This document shows positions 37,484 through 49,681 of a stretch of 64,000 nt of DNA, one piece after another. The translations under genes and the position numbers were made by a program. This DNA comes from Mobula hypostoma. Taxonomy: Eukaryota. A model generated the notes under the pieces. It did no database searches and was not told where the DNA came from. It saw only the letters and a list, made by a program, of their open reading frames with translations. Location of the stretch: positions 108,564,001-108,628,000 of the forward strand of contig NC_086107.1 in the NCBI RefSeq assembly GCF_963921235.1, read 5' to 3'. Within the stretch, counting starts at the first letter, position 1. Each line of letters begins with the position of its first letter.

Positions 37484-37790
37484 CATGGCCAAGTGGTTAA
37501 GGCGTTCGTCTAGTGATCTGAAGGTCGCTAGTTCGAGCCTTGGCTGAGGCAGCGTGTTGTGTCCTTGAGCAAGGCACTTAACCAGACATTGCTCTGTGAC
37601 GATACTGATGCCAGGCTGTATCGGCCCTAGTGCCCTTCCCTTAGACAACATCGGTGGCGTGGAGAGGGGAGACTTGCATTTGGTCTTCCATACAACCTTG
37701 CCCAGGCCTACGCTCTGGAAACTTTCCAAGGTGCAAATCCATGGTCTCATGAGACTAACGGATGCCTATATATATATATATATATATATT
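37484..37790 (+). mobile_element. tRNA-derived SINE with RTE-type tail and (TA)n end
   Basis: A-box tggccaagtgg, B-box gttcgagcc; paralogous to 36741. Confidence 0.8.
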
Positions 37791-37912
37791 TATTTATTTA
37801 TTTTGTCATGCTCAGTGATCAACTGAACTTCAAAGTAGCAACCGGGCAACCAATATTCTAAAATATTTCAAATATTTAATTTTTCATTTATTGAGAGATA
37901 CAGTGCGCAGGT

Positions 37913-38490
37913 TCCTAAGGTTGTCATAGCTGGGGGTGCTAGTGGGGATAAGCTCCCACTACCTATAAAGTGCTCCAAATGGCGTGCGACTCTAACAGCC
38001 TCTGACAACCAAGTCCAACTCTCGGCCTTCACGTGAGGCTTAGCTACTAGGCCCGGTGTAACTGTTTCTACTGACAAGAGAAGGGGCAGAGGCGGACCAC
38101 TGGCGCCTCAAAACCAGTTGCTTCCGGCAGGTGGGGCCCGCCTGGGAGAAGGAAAACTCTGCTTTTAAACCTCCACTGCCTTGTGGCCATACCCACCCAT
38201 GGGAAAGGCTTCGGGAGTAAACCCCGAGGAAGAAATCCGGGGCCGGGGTCCTTAAGGCAGTTTGATGGTGTTTACAACTTCACTCTGGCAACCTCTGCGA
38301 CGACACTGGTGACAAGCTGTATTGGCATTTGCCCTTCCCTTGGACTACATCAGTGATGTGGAGAGGGGGAGCCCGCTACATGGGCAACAGCCAGTTCTTC
38401 AAATCTTCCCGCCCGGGCTTGCGCCCTGGAGAGGACACAGTCCACCAGAGGCGCAAACCCATGATCCCCCGGGATCGACGGCTGCCTACT
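37913..38490 (+). mobile_element. Non-autonomous RTE-type element (best-preserved copy)
   Basis: Aligns with the copies at 9297 and 4440; retains CpGs. Confidence 0.7.
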
Positions 38491-38745
38491 TCTACAGTGC
38501 GGAACAAACCCTTCTGGCACCACCCAGCAACATACCTATTTAACGCTACCTAATCGCAGGACGATTTACAATGAACCATTAACCTGCTAACCAGTGCCTC
38601 TTTGGAATGTGGGAGGAAACCAGAGCACCTGGAGGAAACCCACACGTTCACTGGAATGAAGTACGTGCTTCTTAGGCACAGGGCCGGAATTGAACTCAGA
38701 ACTCCGACGCCCCGAGCAGCAATAACGTCATGATAACCTCTACGC

Positions 38746-39161
38746 CAGTGATTCTCAACCATTTTTTGGCCACAGCCCCCTTAGGAGGTTCCAAGACCCC
38801 CTTTTCTAACAAGGATACAACACCAATAGATAGGCAGAAAATCATGTATTATTGAACACCAAGAAAACTTGAACATTCCGACACACTGGACAAAACTTAA
38901 AAAAGACTGTATGAAATGAAACATTTATCAGGCCTAATGTGATCCTTGAGCTTGGTGCTTTTCTGCAACTTTCATGATATCGAGCTCCAAATTAGACAAT
39001 GACAGTCAGAGGTCACAACTTGTTGCGATATCAATTGTATTTGGGTATTTCATCAGCTCAGTTACCAAGACCCCCAGAAACCCTTGGGGCTCCCCATCTC
39101 ACAGTTTCCAGTTGATGGCCCCCTTCGAATGTGCCAATATGGCCCCCATTGAGAATGGCTG
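38746..39161 (-). mobile_element. hAT (Charlie/Buster-type) MITE inserted in an HE1 SINE
   Basis: TIRs cagtgattctcaa/ttgagaatggctg; 8-bp TSD ctctac(g/a)c; minus strand DL.LSLSNLELDIMKVAEKHQAQGSH* transposase end. Confidence 0.85.
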
Positions 39162-40446
39162 CTCTACACTACCGTGACAACACTTTACAAAGCTGTGCAG
39201 GCTAGTGGATTAATTGGTCTCACGGATGCAAGCTCTTCAGCCCTGAATGGCCTGTTAGTGTAGTGTGTTTGTAAATAAAAATAAGATTAACAACTATCTC
39301 TATATTATCTTTAGCCACAGATGAGATGTCAGAAGTCAGGAGAATAGACAATGTTATTCCTTTGTTTAAGAAAAACAATGGGAAACCAGGAAATTATAGG
39401 CCAGTGAACCTAAGATCTGTGGTAGGAAAACGCTTGGAGAAGATTCTTAAGGACCAGATTAAGTCATATATTATGGATGCCATCATGGCTTTCTGGGCAG
39501 CGGGGGCTCATTGGCTGCGGCAGGCAGCTCATCTAGGAGAAGAAAGACTGATTTCAAACCTCAGCTGCCTTGTGGCTATGGGGAAGGCTTCAGGAGTAAA
39601 CCTTGAGGAAAAATCTGGAGGTGGAATTCTAAAGACAGTCTTACACTGAGTTCAACATTGACTGGTAACTCCTACGATGCCGCTGGTACCAAGCCGTATC
39701 GGTCTCTGTTGATCACTTGGATTCATTAGCGGCGTGGAGGGTAGAGAAAGCCTTCTACATGGGCAACAGCTTGTTCTCCATATCGTACTGCCCCTGCTTG
39801 CATATTGACTTTGACAGCAAGGATACAACATCCATGGTAAACTTCGACCAACGGAGGGCCGTTATACATCCTGGCTTTGTTGTCGAGAGATCTACCTCAA
39901 AATTTGATTGAGTTTTGTAAGGAAGTGAAGCAGATGATTGACAAAGGTAGTGCATTAAAGTGCTGTCTTCGTAGACTTCAGTAAAGCATTTGAACACATC
40001 TCTTATGGTAGGACGGCCTAGAAGATTAAGCCACATGGGATCCAAGGTGAGTTGATAAACTGGAAAGAAAATTGGCTTGGTCATAGATTCAATTCAAATC
40101 AAGTTTGATTGTCATTCAACCATAGATGAATACACATGAATACAGCCAAACAGGACAGTGTTACTCTGGGGTCAAGGTACAAAACGTAGAACCAATAATC
40201 ACACACAGCACAAACCAGACATAGCACATATAAGATAGAAAGATACAGACACGCAATAAAAGAGTCCAAACTTAAGCCATCCAATGACACAGATGACCAC
40301 AACAGAGCTTATACAATAGATGACAGAGAATAGGGGTAGAGAGCTGTTTCTCTGAGTGTTGGTCTCTGACCAGTAGTATCCCGCAAAGATTACTATTAGG
40401 ATCTTGGCAGTACACAATTGGTCACAGACCCACAGTCATCTTAGAT

Positions 40447-40970
40447 ACACTCAGGGTCCACTTTGTTCGGTACACCTGCTCCTTAATACAAACATCTAAT
40501 CAGCCAATCATGTGGCAGCAACTCAATGCATAAAAGCATGCAGACATGGTCAAAAGGTTCAGTTGTTGTTCAGACCAAACATCAGGATGGGGGATAAAAA
40601 GTGATGTAGGTGATTTTGACCATGGAATGATTGTTGGTGCCAGATTGGATGGTTTGAGTATCTCAGAAACAGCTGATCTCCGGGGATTTTCAGACACAGC
40701 AGTCTCTGGAGTTTACAAGAGAATGGTGTGAGAAATGAAAAGCATCCAGTGAGCAGCAGTTCTTTGGGCAAAAATGCCTTGTTAATGAGAGACGTCAGAG
40801 GGGATTGGTCAGATTGGTTTAAGCTGACAGGAAGGCAACGGCAACTCAAATAACCACACATTATAACAGTGGTGCGCAGAAGAGCATCCTTGTGGGCACA
40901 ACATATCGAACCTTGAAGTGGATGGGCTACAGCAGCAGAAGACCACGGACATTCTCTCAGTGGTCAGTTT
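40447..40970 (+). mobile_element. Tc1 deletion derivative (family of 20641)
   Basis: Same TIR and frameshifted HTH coding sequence. Confidence 0.8.
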
Positions 40971-41727
40971 ATGAGATATCTACCCAAGGTGGCAGCTGTG
41001 TGTATTTTCTATGTTCTAAGTTTCAGTCTACACCACCCAGCCAGACTTGCTCTCTTCTCCCATTTCCCATTGAGCAGGAGATACAAAAGCCTGAAAGAAC
41101 ATAGCACCACTCTCAAGGACAGCTTCTATCCCACTGTTATCAGACTCTGGTACAATACAATGGACTCTTGACATCACAATCTAGCTCGCTATGATCTTGT
41201 TCTTACTCTTTTGGTAATGTTTAAACTTTATTCTGCATTGTTACTGTTTTATCCTGTTCTACCTCAATGCACTGTGTCATGATCTAATCTGTATGAACCG
41301 TATGCAGGACAAGTTTTTCACTGTATCTTGGTGCATATGGCAACAATAAACCAAAACTATAACTAACATCTGTCAGCAATGCCATGTCAGTAGTAACAGA
41401 TATGATAGTCTAAGAGGATCTTAGCCACGTGAACAGGCAGGGAAAGGGGGGATATGGATGACATGCAGGAGATGGGGTTAGTTTAAACAGGCAAGAACTT
41501 TGTGGGTTGAGGAGCCTGACCCTGTGTTGTAATGTTTATGTTCTCTGTTCTAAAGCTTCCCCCCAGAACAGGGGCAGCACAGGTCCGACGCAGGGCAAAG
41601 CTCTGGATCACACACTCCCAGGGCAGGGGTAACTTCTTCTACAAAAGGATTTAGATACAAAGTGAATCTCCCCTTGCACTGTCCCATCAAATACTCCAGT
41701 CTAGAATAAGCACAATTTAAATGTATA

Positions 41728-42010
41728 GCTAGCACCATGGTAGTGTAGCGATTAGCGCGGACACTGTTACAGCACGGGGTGTTCTGGAGTTCAGAGTTCA
41801 AATCCAGCTCCGTTCTGTAAGGTGTTTTGGTAGCTCCTCCCAGAGGAATGCTTGGGTCTTACCCAGTTGCTCCGGTTTCTTGGGAAAGAAAGCAACCCAG
41901 TAGGTTAATTGGTCACTGTAGATGTTTTGCTGATTAGGTAAGGGTTAATAGGGGTCTGGGCCATGTGGCTTCGAGGGGTGGGAGGGCCTATTCTGCACCA
42001 CATCGCTAAC
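41728..42010 (+). mobile_element. HE1-like tRNA-derived V-SINE
   Basis: A-box-like tggtagtgtagcg, B-box gagttcaaatcc, decayed V-domain. Confidence 0.65.
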
Positions 42011-42442
42011 ATAAAAAATTTTTAAAAATACATCTCCCTCGACACCGTCCCAACAAATAACCCTGCGGCTGGGACAAGTGCATTTAAACAACAGGTGAAG
42101 CTACTCTGTCATGTCTCATTGATCCTTCCCAAGGCAGAATTATACACACAAAAAATAAAATTTGTCACCAGGGCCCAGGTCATTACACCAAACGGGTGAG
42201 TGTGATGTCTTTTCTTCACAGGCCTTGGGACGACAAGTTGTGACGAGATGCAGACTCCTATCACGACAGTGGAGCTGAAACCATCAAACTGTGAGGGAAA
42301 AATTCCCAGAAGCCAATTATACCGTTGAAATGTGTCAACACATGGCAGCCAGGCTCTGCGCAGTGTCAGTCCCATAGACAGCGCACAGACCGACATCTGC
42401 AGAGAGAACCAATCCCTGTCTTCTCCCCGTGGCACCTGAATG

Positions 42443-44877
42443 AGTGTCTCACTGTCAGAGGGACAGTACTGAGGGAGTGTCTCACTGTCAGAGGGACAGT
42501 ACTGAGGAAGTGTCTCACTGTCAGAGGGACAGTACTGAAGGAGTATCACACTGTCAGAGGGACAGTACTGAGGGAGTATCTCACTGTCAGAGGGACAGTA
42601 CTGAAGGAGTATCACACTGTCAGAGGGACAGTACTGAGGGAGTATCTCACTGTCGGAGGGACAGTACTGAGGGAGTGTCTCACTGTCGGAGGGACAGTAC
42701 TGAGGGAGTGTCACACTGTCGGAGGGACAGTACTGAGGGAGTGTCTCACTGTCGGAGGGACAGTACTGAGGGAGTTTCTCACTGTCGGAGGGACAGTACT
42801 GAGGGAGTGTCTCACTGTCAGAGGGACGGTACTGAGGGAGTGCCGCACTGTCAGAGGGACAATACTGAGGGAGTGTCTCACTGTCAGAGGGACAGTACTG
42901 AGGGAGTGCCACACTGTCAGAGGGACAGTACTGAGGGAGTGTCTCACTGTCAGAGGGACGGTACTGAGGGAGTGCCGCACTGTCAGAGGGACAGTACTGA
43001 GGGAGTGTCTCACTGTCGGAGGGACAGTACTGAGGGAGTGTCTCACTGTCAGAGGGACAGTACCGAGGGAGTGCCACACTGTCAGAGGGACGGTACTGAG
43101 GGACTGTCTCACTGTCAGAGGGACAGTACCGAGGGAGTGCCACACTGTCAGAGGGACAGTACTGAGGGAGTGTCACACTGTCAGAGGGACGGTACTGAGG
43201 GAGTGTAACACTGTAAGAGGGACAGTACCGACGGAGTGTCTCACTGTCGGAGGGACAGTACCAAGGGAGTGTCACACTGTCAGAGGGACAGTACTGAGGG
43301 AGTGTCTCACTGTCAGAGGGACAGTACTGAGGGAGTGTCACACTGTCAGAGGAACAGTACCGAGGGAGTGTTACACTGTCAGAGGGACAGTACTGACGGA
43401 GTGCCACACTGTCAGAGGGACGGTACCGAGGGAGTGTCACACTGTCGGAGGGACGGTACTGAGGGAGTGTCTCACTGTCGGAGGGACGGTACTGACAGAG
43501 TGTCTCACTGTGGGAGGGACAGTACTGAGGGAGTGTCACACTGTCGGAGGGACAGTACTGAGGGAGTGTCACACTGTCAGAGGGACGGTACTGAGGGAGT
43601 GTCTCACTGTCAGAGGGACGGTACCGAGGGAGTGTAACACTGTCAGAGGGACGGTACCGAGGGAGTGTCTCACTGTCGGAGGGACAGTACCGAGGGAGTG
43701 TCTCACTGTCGGAGGGACAGTACCGAGGGAGTGTCACACTGTCGGAGGGACAGTACAGAGGGAGTGTCTCACTATCGGAGGGACAGTACGGAGGGAGTGC
43801 CTCACTGTCAGAGGGACAGTACCGAGGGAGTGTCTCACTGTCGTAGGGACAGTACTGAGGGAGTGTCTCACTGTCAGAGGGACAGTACGGAGGGAGTGTC
43901 TCACTGTCGTAGGGGCAGTACGGAGGGAGTGTCTCACTATCAGAGGGACAGTACGGAGGGAGTGTCTCACTGTCAGAGGGACGGTACTGAGGGAATGTCA
44001 CACTGTCAGAGGGACGATACTGAGGGAGTGTCACACTGTCAGAGGGACAGTACTGAGGGAGTGTCTCACTGTCAGAGGGACAGCACCGAGGGAGTGTCAC
44101 ACTGTCGGAGGGACGGTACTGAGGGAGTGTCTCACTGTCAGAGGGACGGTACGGAGGGAGTGTCACACTGTCAGAGGGACGGTACTGAGGGAGTGTCACA
44201 CTGTCAGAGGGACAGTACTGAGGGAGTGTCTCACTGTCGGAGGGACGGTACTGAGGGAGTGTCTCACTGTCAGAGGGATGGTACCGAGGGAGTGTCTCAC
44301 TGTCAGAGGGACAGTAGCGAGGGAGTGTCTCACTGTCAGAGGGACAGTACCGAGGGAGTGTCTCACTGTCAGAGTGACAGTACCGAGGGAGTGTCTCACT
44401 GTTGGAGGGACAGTACTGAGGGAGTGATGCACTGTCAGAGGGACGGTACTGAGGGAGTGCCTCACTGTCAGAGGGACAGTACTGAGGGAGTGTCTCACTG
44501 TCGGAGGGACAGTACTGAGGGAGTGTCTCACTGTCGGAGGGACAGTACTGAGGGAGTGTCGCACTGTCAGAGGGACAGTACCGAGGGAATGTCACACTGT
44601 CAGAGGGACAGTACTGAGGGAGTGTCTCACTGTCGGAGGTACAGTACTGAGGGAGTGTCTCACTGTTGGAGGGACAGTACTGAGGGAGTGCCTCACTGTC
44701 GGAGGGACAGCACTGAGGGAGTGTCACACTGTCAGAGGGACAGTACTGACGGAGTGTCTCACTGTCAGAGGGACGGTACTGAGGGAGTGTCTCACTGTCA
44801 GAGGGACAGTACTGAGGGAGTGTCTCACTGTCATAGGGACAGCACTGAGGGAGTGTCACACTGTCAGAGGGACAGTA
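42443..44877. repeat. 33-bp minisatellite, about 74 units (consensus ctcactgtcagagggacagtactgagggagtgt)
   Basis: Directly visible; 11-aa periodicity in all overlapping ORFs. Confidence 0.97.
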
Positions 44878-45364
44878 TTCTCCTTCCTTACTCCCTTACC
44901 TTTTTATTGTGGCATCTTTCCATTCGTAAAGAAGGCTCTCAATCCGAAACGTCAACCTGCTGAGTTCCTCCAGCAACTTGTGTGTGTTGCTTTGGATTTT
45001 CAGCATCTGCAGAACCTCTCATGTTTCTGTTTTTTTTAAATTTTTTGTTTTATTTGATTTTGATTTTATTTCATTTGGAGGTGCAGCATGACTCAGGCCA
45101 TTTGGGCCCAACGACTCACTTAGCTTAAGCACAGGACAATTTCAATGACCAATTACCCTACGATACGTTATGCCTTTGGACTGTCGGAGGAAACCAGAGC
45201 ACCCAGAGGAAACCCACACTGCCATGGGGAGATCTACAAGCTTCTTGTAGACGTCACCAGAGATGAACTCTGAACTCCGGCACCCCCATCTGTAATACGG
45301 TTGCGCTAACTGCCACGCTAATGTGGTGCCCTTTTCTCTCTTTTGAACAAGTTTTCCACTTTGT

Positions 45365-45865
45365 CGGTCAGTCAGTCAGTCAGTCGGTGCCATCCCAAAT
45401 CCAGGGTGGGCGGCCATGCACCTCCATCTTCCTCGATCTTGCGACAGCACCGAGTACAGCTCACCTTCAGTTTGTTCTCGCTGGCCGCCTTGGCACCGCC
45501 CACCGCCGCCCCCGCCGAACTTGAGCCCCAGGCCGTGTCGGCCTCCAGCCGCGGCTGCTTCTTCGAGCTCGGCCCTTCCTTAGGCGGAGGCCTTGGGCAG
45601 GTCCAGGCACACGGTGCAGCGCCCAGGTTCATCGTTTACACATAGCATACGATTTGTAGATACGTGGTGAGGCTTTACTCTCTTCCACGGAAGATGGCCG
45701 TTGGCTCACAAGAAGCTCATCCGCCCTTTGTCAGGTCTTGTTTTTTTTAGTCCTGCTGGGTGTCCTCACACCCTCCTCACCAGACTAAGTCCGGTGGGGG
45801 AGCCGGCCCAAGTTGCCGACCACTCGACCATGGCCCCCGGCCGAGCGCCGGGCGCCCACCCCCCA
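45365..45865 (-). pseudogene. GC/CpG-rich insertion, probably a retrocopied gene fragment of unknown parent
   Basis: Flanked by ccactttgt (45356-45364 and 45866-45874); (GACT)n at the minus-strand 3' end; disrupted coding-like PPKEGPSSKKQPRLEA...AASENKLK. Confidence 0.5.
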
Positions 45866-46082
45866 CCACTTTGTATCAATGCACACAAAATGCTGGAGGA
45901 ACTCAGCATCTATGGAGGTAAACAAATATTTGATGTACTGTATAAGGTCAAGACCCTTCATCAGAGCTGTGTGTGTTGATCCAGATTTCCATCATCTGCA
46001 CTCTCTCTTTTGCTTTCACTTTGTACCTCTCCCACTCTCTGCCACCCACACCTACCTCACTCTTCATCCCCCACCCCCCAGG

Positions 46083-46672
46083 AGATTCAGTTGTTGTTCA
46101 GACCAAACCTCAGAATGGGGAAGAAATGTGATCTAAGTGACTTTGACCGTGGAATGATTGATGGTGCCAGACGGCTGATTTTCTTGGATTTTCGTGCTCA
46201 ACAGTCTCTAGAGTTTTACAGAGAATGGTGCAAAAAACACCCAGTGTGTGGCAGTACTGTGGGTGAAAATGACTTGTTGATGAGAGAGGTCAGGTGAGAA
46301 TGGTCAGACTGGTTCAAGCTGACAGGAAGGCGACAGTAACTCAAATAACTACTCGTTACAACAGTGGTGTGCAGAAGAGCATCTCTGAATGCACAATACA
46401 TCAAACCTTGAAGTCTTTATGTATATTTAAGGCAGAGGTTGATAGAATCTTGACTGGACAAGGCATGAAGGGATACGGGGAAAAAACAGGAGATTGGGGC
46501 TGAGAGGAAAATTGGATCAGCCAATATGAAATGGCAGAACAGAGGCGATGGGCCAAATGGCCTAATTCTGCTCCTATAGCTTATGGTCTTATGGATGAGC
46601 CACAGCAGCAGAAGGCCACTAACATATACTGAGTGGCCACTCTACTAGCTACAGGAGGTACCTACTGAGTGT
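46083..46672 (+). mobile_element. Tc1 deletion derivative interrupted by a CR1 tail (about 46415-46592)
   Basis: MGKKCDLSDFDRGMI motif; Tc1 sequence resumes after cttatggtcttatgg. Confidence 0.75.
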
Positions 46673-47134
46673 GTTTGAAAAACCTTCATTGCAACACCTC
46701 CATTGCAAGTAGATATAGTGACCAGACCTGTGCATAATATTCCAAATGCTTTCTCACCCAAATGATTAGAACAAGTAGCCTCTATTCCTGTATTTAAAAT
46801 TTGTTGCAATTAAGGTCAACATACCATTTGCCTTCCAGGTTTCTAGTTGTCCCTGTAGGTTTATCTTCAGTGAATTAGTATAAGTGCACTGAGGTACTGG
46901 TGAACACCAACACTTCTCAAATTAAAATCCAAGTGGATGACCTCAAGTTTTCCCACGTTATATCCCATTTGCTATTTTCTTGTACATCGTTTACTGTCTA
47001 TATTGACCTTAAACCTTTCTGCATCCTTCTGATAGCTCCCCAGCTAGTCTGGATGAGTGCAAATGGTCAAAGGAACGATGTGAGTCGGGCTCATCTCCAT
47101 CCTTCCTCATCCACTCACTCCAACACCAGCTGCA

Positions 47135-47307
47135 GAGAGAGACTGGGAGTGAGGGAGAGGGAAGGAGAGAGGGAGTGGGTGAGAGGGAGAGAGAGAGAGA
47201 TAGGAGAGAGGAAGGAGAGAGAGAGACAGGTAGGAGAGGAAGGAGAGGGAGATAGGTAGGAGAGGGAGAAAGGAAAAGACCTTGAGAAAATGCACGTGTG
47301 CATGTGA

Positions 47308-47352
<45 letters not shown>

Positions 47353-47465
47353 TGAGTGAGAGAGAGTGAGAGTGAAAGAGAGAGAGTGAGAGAAAGACAA
47401 AGACAGGGACCGAGACAGAGCTAGAGAAAGAAAGTGAGAAATAAGTTAAGGAAGCAGAGAGGAGA
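47135..47465. repeat. GA-rich tract plus (TG)n microsatellite (about 47309-47350)
   Basis: Directly visible. Confidence 0.95.
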
Positions 47466-49681
47466 GGTTGTCATTCAGTGTAAGAAGTGATAATATATCA
47501 CCACTCTGTACCTCAGCCTTTCAATATACATTCTACCGATCATTAGTTAAACCAGAATATGGTATCTGCAGCACAGACAGGCCAGGCTCCATGCCGGGCA
47601 GAGGGCTTAATTTCGGGTCACCTTGTGCCTGTTGAGATGATGACGGGGACATCAGAGCTCATTCGCCTCAAAATGAGCAGCCAGAACCAAATATTCAGGG
47701 TTTGACAGAAAGTGCAGAACATTGGGAGGGATGCAGGAACCTGGGTTGGAGGTGGATCAAGAGGCAAGTGAGGCTTTGGACCTTCCCCACCACAAATTAA
47801 TGACCCTTCCCTAAATACATCACTTCTACCTCATCCCCAACATGAATTACTCCATCTTTTCCCCTCTCAAACACAAGTTCATCTTCACTCTTGCTGGCAA
47901 CAACCCACCTCATTTAAAGCACACCTTCAGTTAAAAGCTTGGAGCATGAGCAATGGGGCCTGGGACAGGATCGAAGTTTCAGTATCTATGTTAACTCAAA
48001 TTGAATGTTTCTTCTATTCTGCCCCTTTTATTTTAACTGCTTCATTTCCAGTAGCATTTATTGCCTACCCATTAACCCCCTTGAGAAGGTGACGGTGAAA
48101 CTCCATCTGGAACCATTGCAGTCCATCTGGGGCAAACATTTCCACTAAGTTGCTGGAGGGTGCATTCCAGGATTTAGGTTCAGTGGCAATGACAGGCCAG
48201 TGGTATACTTGATAAGGAACCAGAGGTATATTCAATGTTGGACTAATGGTATATCCAATGAGGGACCACTGATAACATATTCAACAACAGACTAGTGGCA
48301 CATTCCCCCAGATCTCCTTAATCACTCCTCCATTCAGCTGAGGAGATCCCATTCCTTCCACAAGCCTCTCCTCTTCAAAGGTTTCAGGATAGGTTGCTTA
48401 ATGTCAGCCTGACCGCACACTTATGAACTGCAAACGGTGACTGGTGTTCTGCCCTCCGGGCAATTCATTTATGTCTTTTTCTATGTGATTAAATACATTC
48501 AGTTTTTATTTTAGTGAGCGGTTGCTGGTTTGCATTAGGCCACTTCCTGTGCTGTCAGGAAGTAGTAAGCAGGAAAGCACATTGGCTCACAAGAGTTCAG
48601 AGATTTACGTCAGGAACGAAAGAAGCTTCTATCTAAAGCCATCCTGTTGTTTCCCCAGCAGAAGCATTGCCTGTAAATTGACGTTATATTGCTTAGAAGT
48701 TAATCTAACGGTATCAATAAGATTTTGCTGAAATAGAATGCTGTTTTTGAGTTTATTAGACACTAACCTATACGCTAATGGTTTGCACATACTAGATACC
48801 TGTAGTACTTACCTGTTGGAATCCTATAATGTTTGCATACTGAAAACTTAATTAAATTCTTACTTATCTGTGTGTATTTACTTGTGTGAATGGAACAACA
48901 CAGTAATTACACAGCACTTTGCTGTTTTTCAGTTTCACTCCTTTTTCACTTTATCGTGCCTGAGTCTGCAATTATACCCAAGGCGCTCGGAGGCTATACC
49001 CCGACTCTCATGTCATTTTTGAATGGAGTTTGCCTGACTGTCTAGTCAATGTTACAACACCTCAGCGCGGGCGGTACGACTGGCGTGTTAAAGTTATAGA
49101 ACTCAGAATTAAAACTGGTTAATTTTTTTGGTTCATCTTGTCACGCGAAAGTGACAAAAGAATGGGTGGGTGGTTGGGGACACAGCAAACAGAGAATAAA
49201 CCTCCTCAGGACGGAACTGGTGCAGAGGAGCCAGCAGATGTTTCTATGTTGTAAACGCAAGAGATTCTGCAGATGCAGGAAATCTTTAGCAACACACGCA
49301 AAATGCTGGAGGAACTCAACAAGTTAGGCAGCATCTGTGGAGAGGAGTTAATAGTTGACAGTTCTGGCCAAGATCCTTCATCAGAATTGGAAAGGAGAAA
49401 GGGGGGAAGAAGCCAGAATAAGATGCTGAGGGGAGGGGAAGGAGCACAAGTGGGCAGATGAGGGATGAGGGGTGGGGCAGAGGGGGATAAAGTAAGAAGC
49501 AGGGAGGTACTAGGTGGAAGAGCTAAAGGGCTGAATAAGAATGATTCTAATAGGAGAGGACTGTGGACTATGGAAGAAAGGAGGAGGGGAACCAGAGGGA
49601 GGTCACAATGTCCTGTGGCCCTAACCTAATCATTCAAGGCACGAGAATGGATTAGCATGCCGTGTGTGGGCACTTGCTGTA

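Noticed and set aside
38020..38090. Twister ribozyme reading of ...gcccgg...gagaagggg
   Set aside because: Lacks the conserved UAA cleavage loop and the P4/L4 UCCCAAGC arrangement
42196..42330. Plus-strand exon after ttttcttcacag
   Set aside because: All frames stop within about 35 codons, the adjacent donor would give an implausible 25-nt intron, and no product was recognisable
42443..44877. CRISPR array, zinc-finger array or RSS cluster
   Set aside because: No unique spacers, the period is not 84 bp, and cactgtc is only heptamer-like with no nonamer
42109..44963. 916-aa, 700-aa and 432-aa ORFs as real repeat-protein genes
   Set aside because: A 33-bp stop-poor unit opens several frames on both strands at once; there is no unique domain or credible gene context
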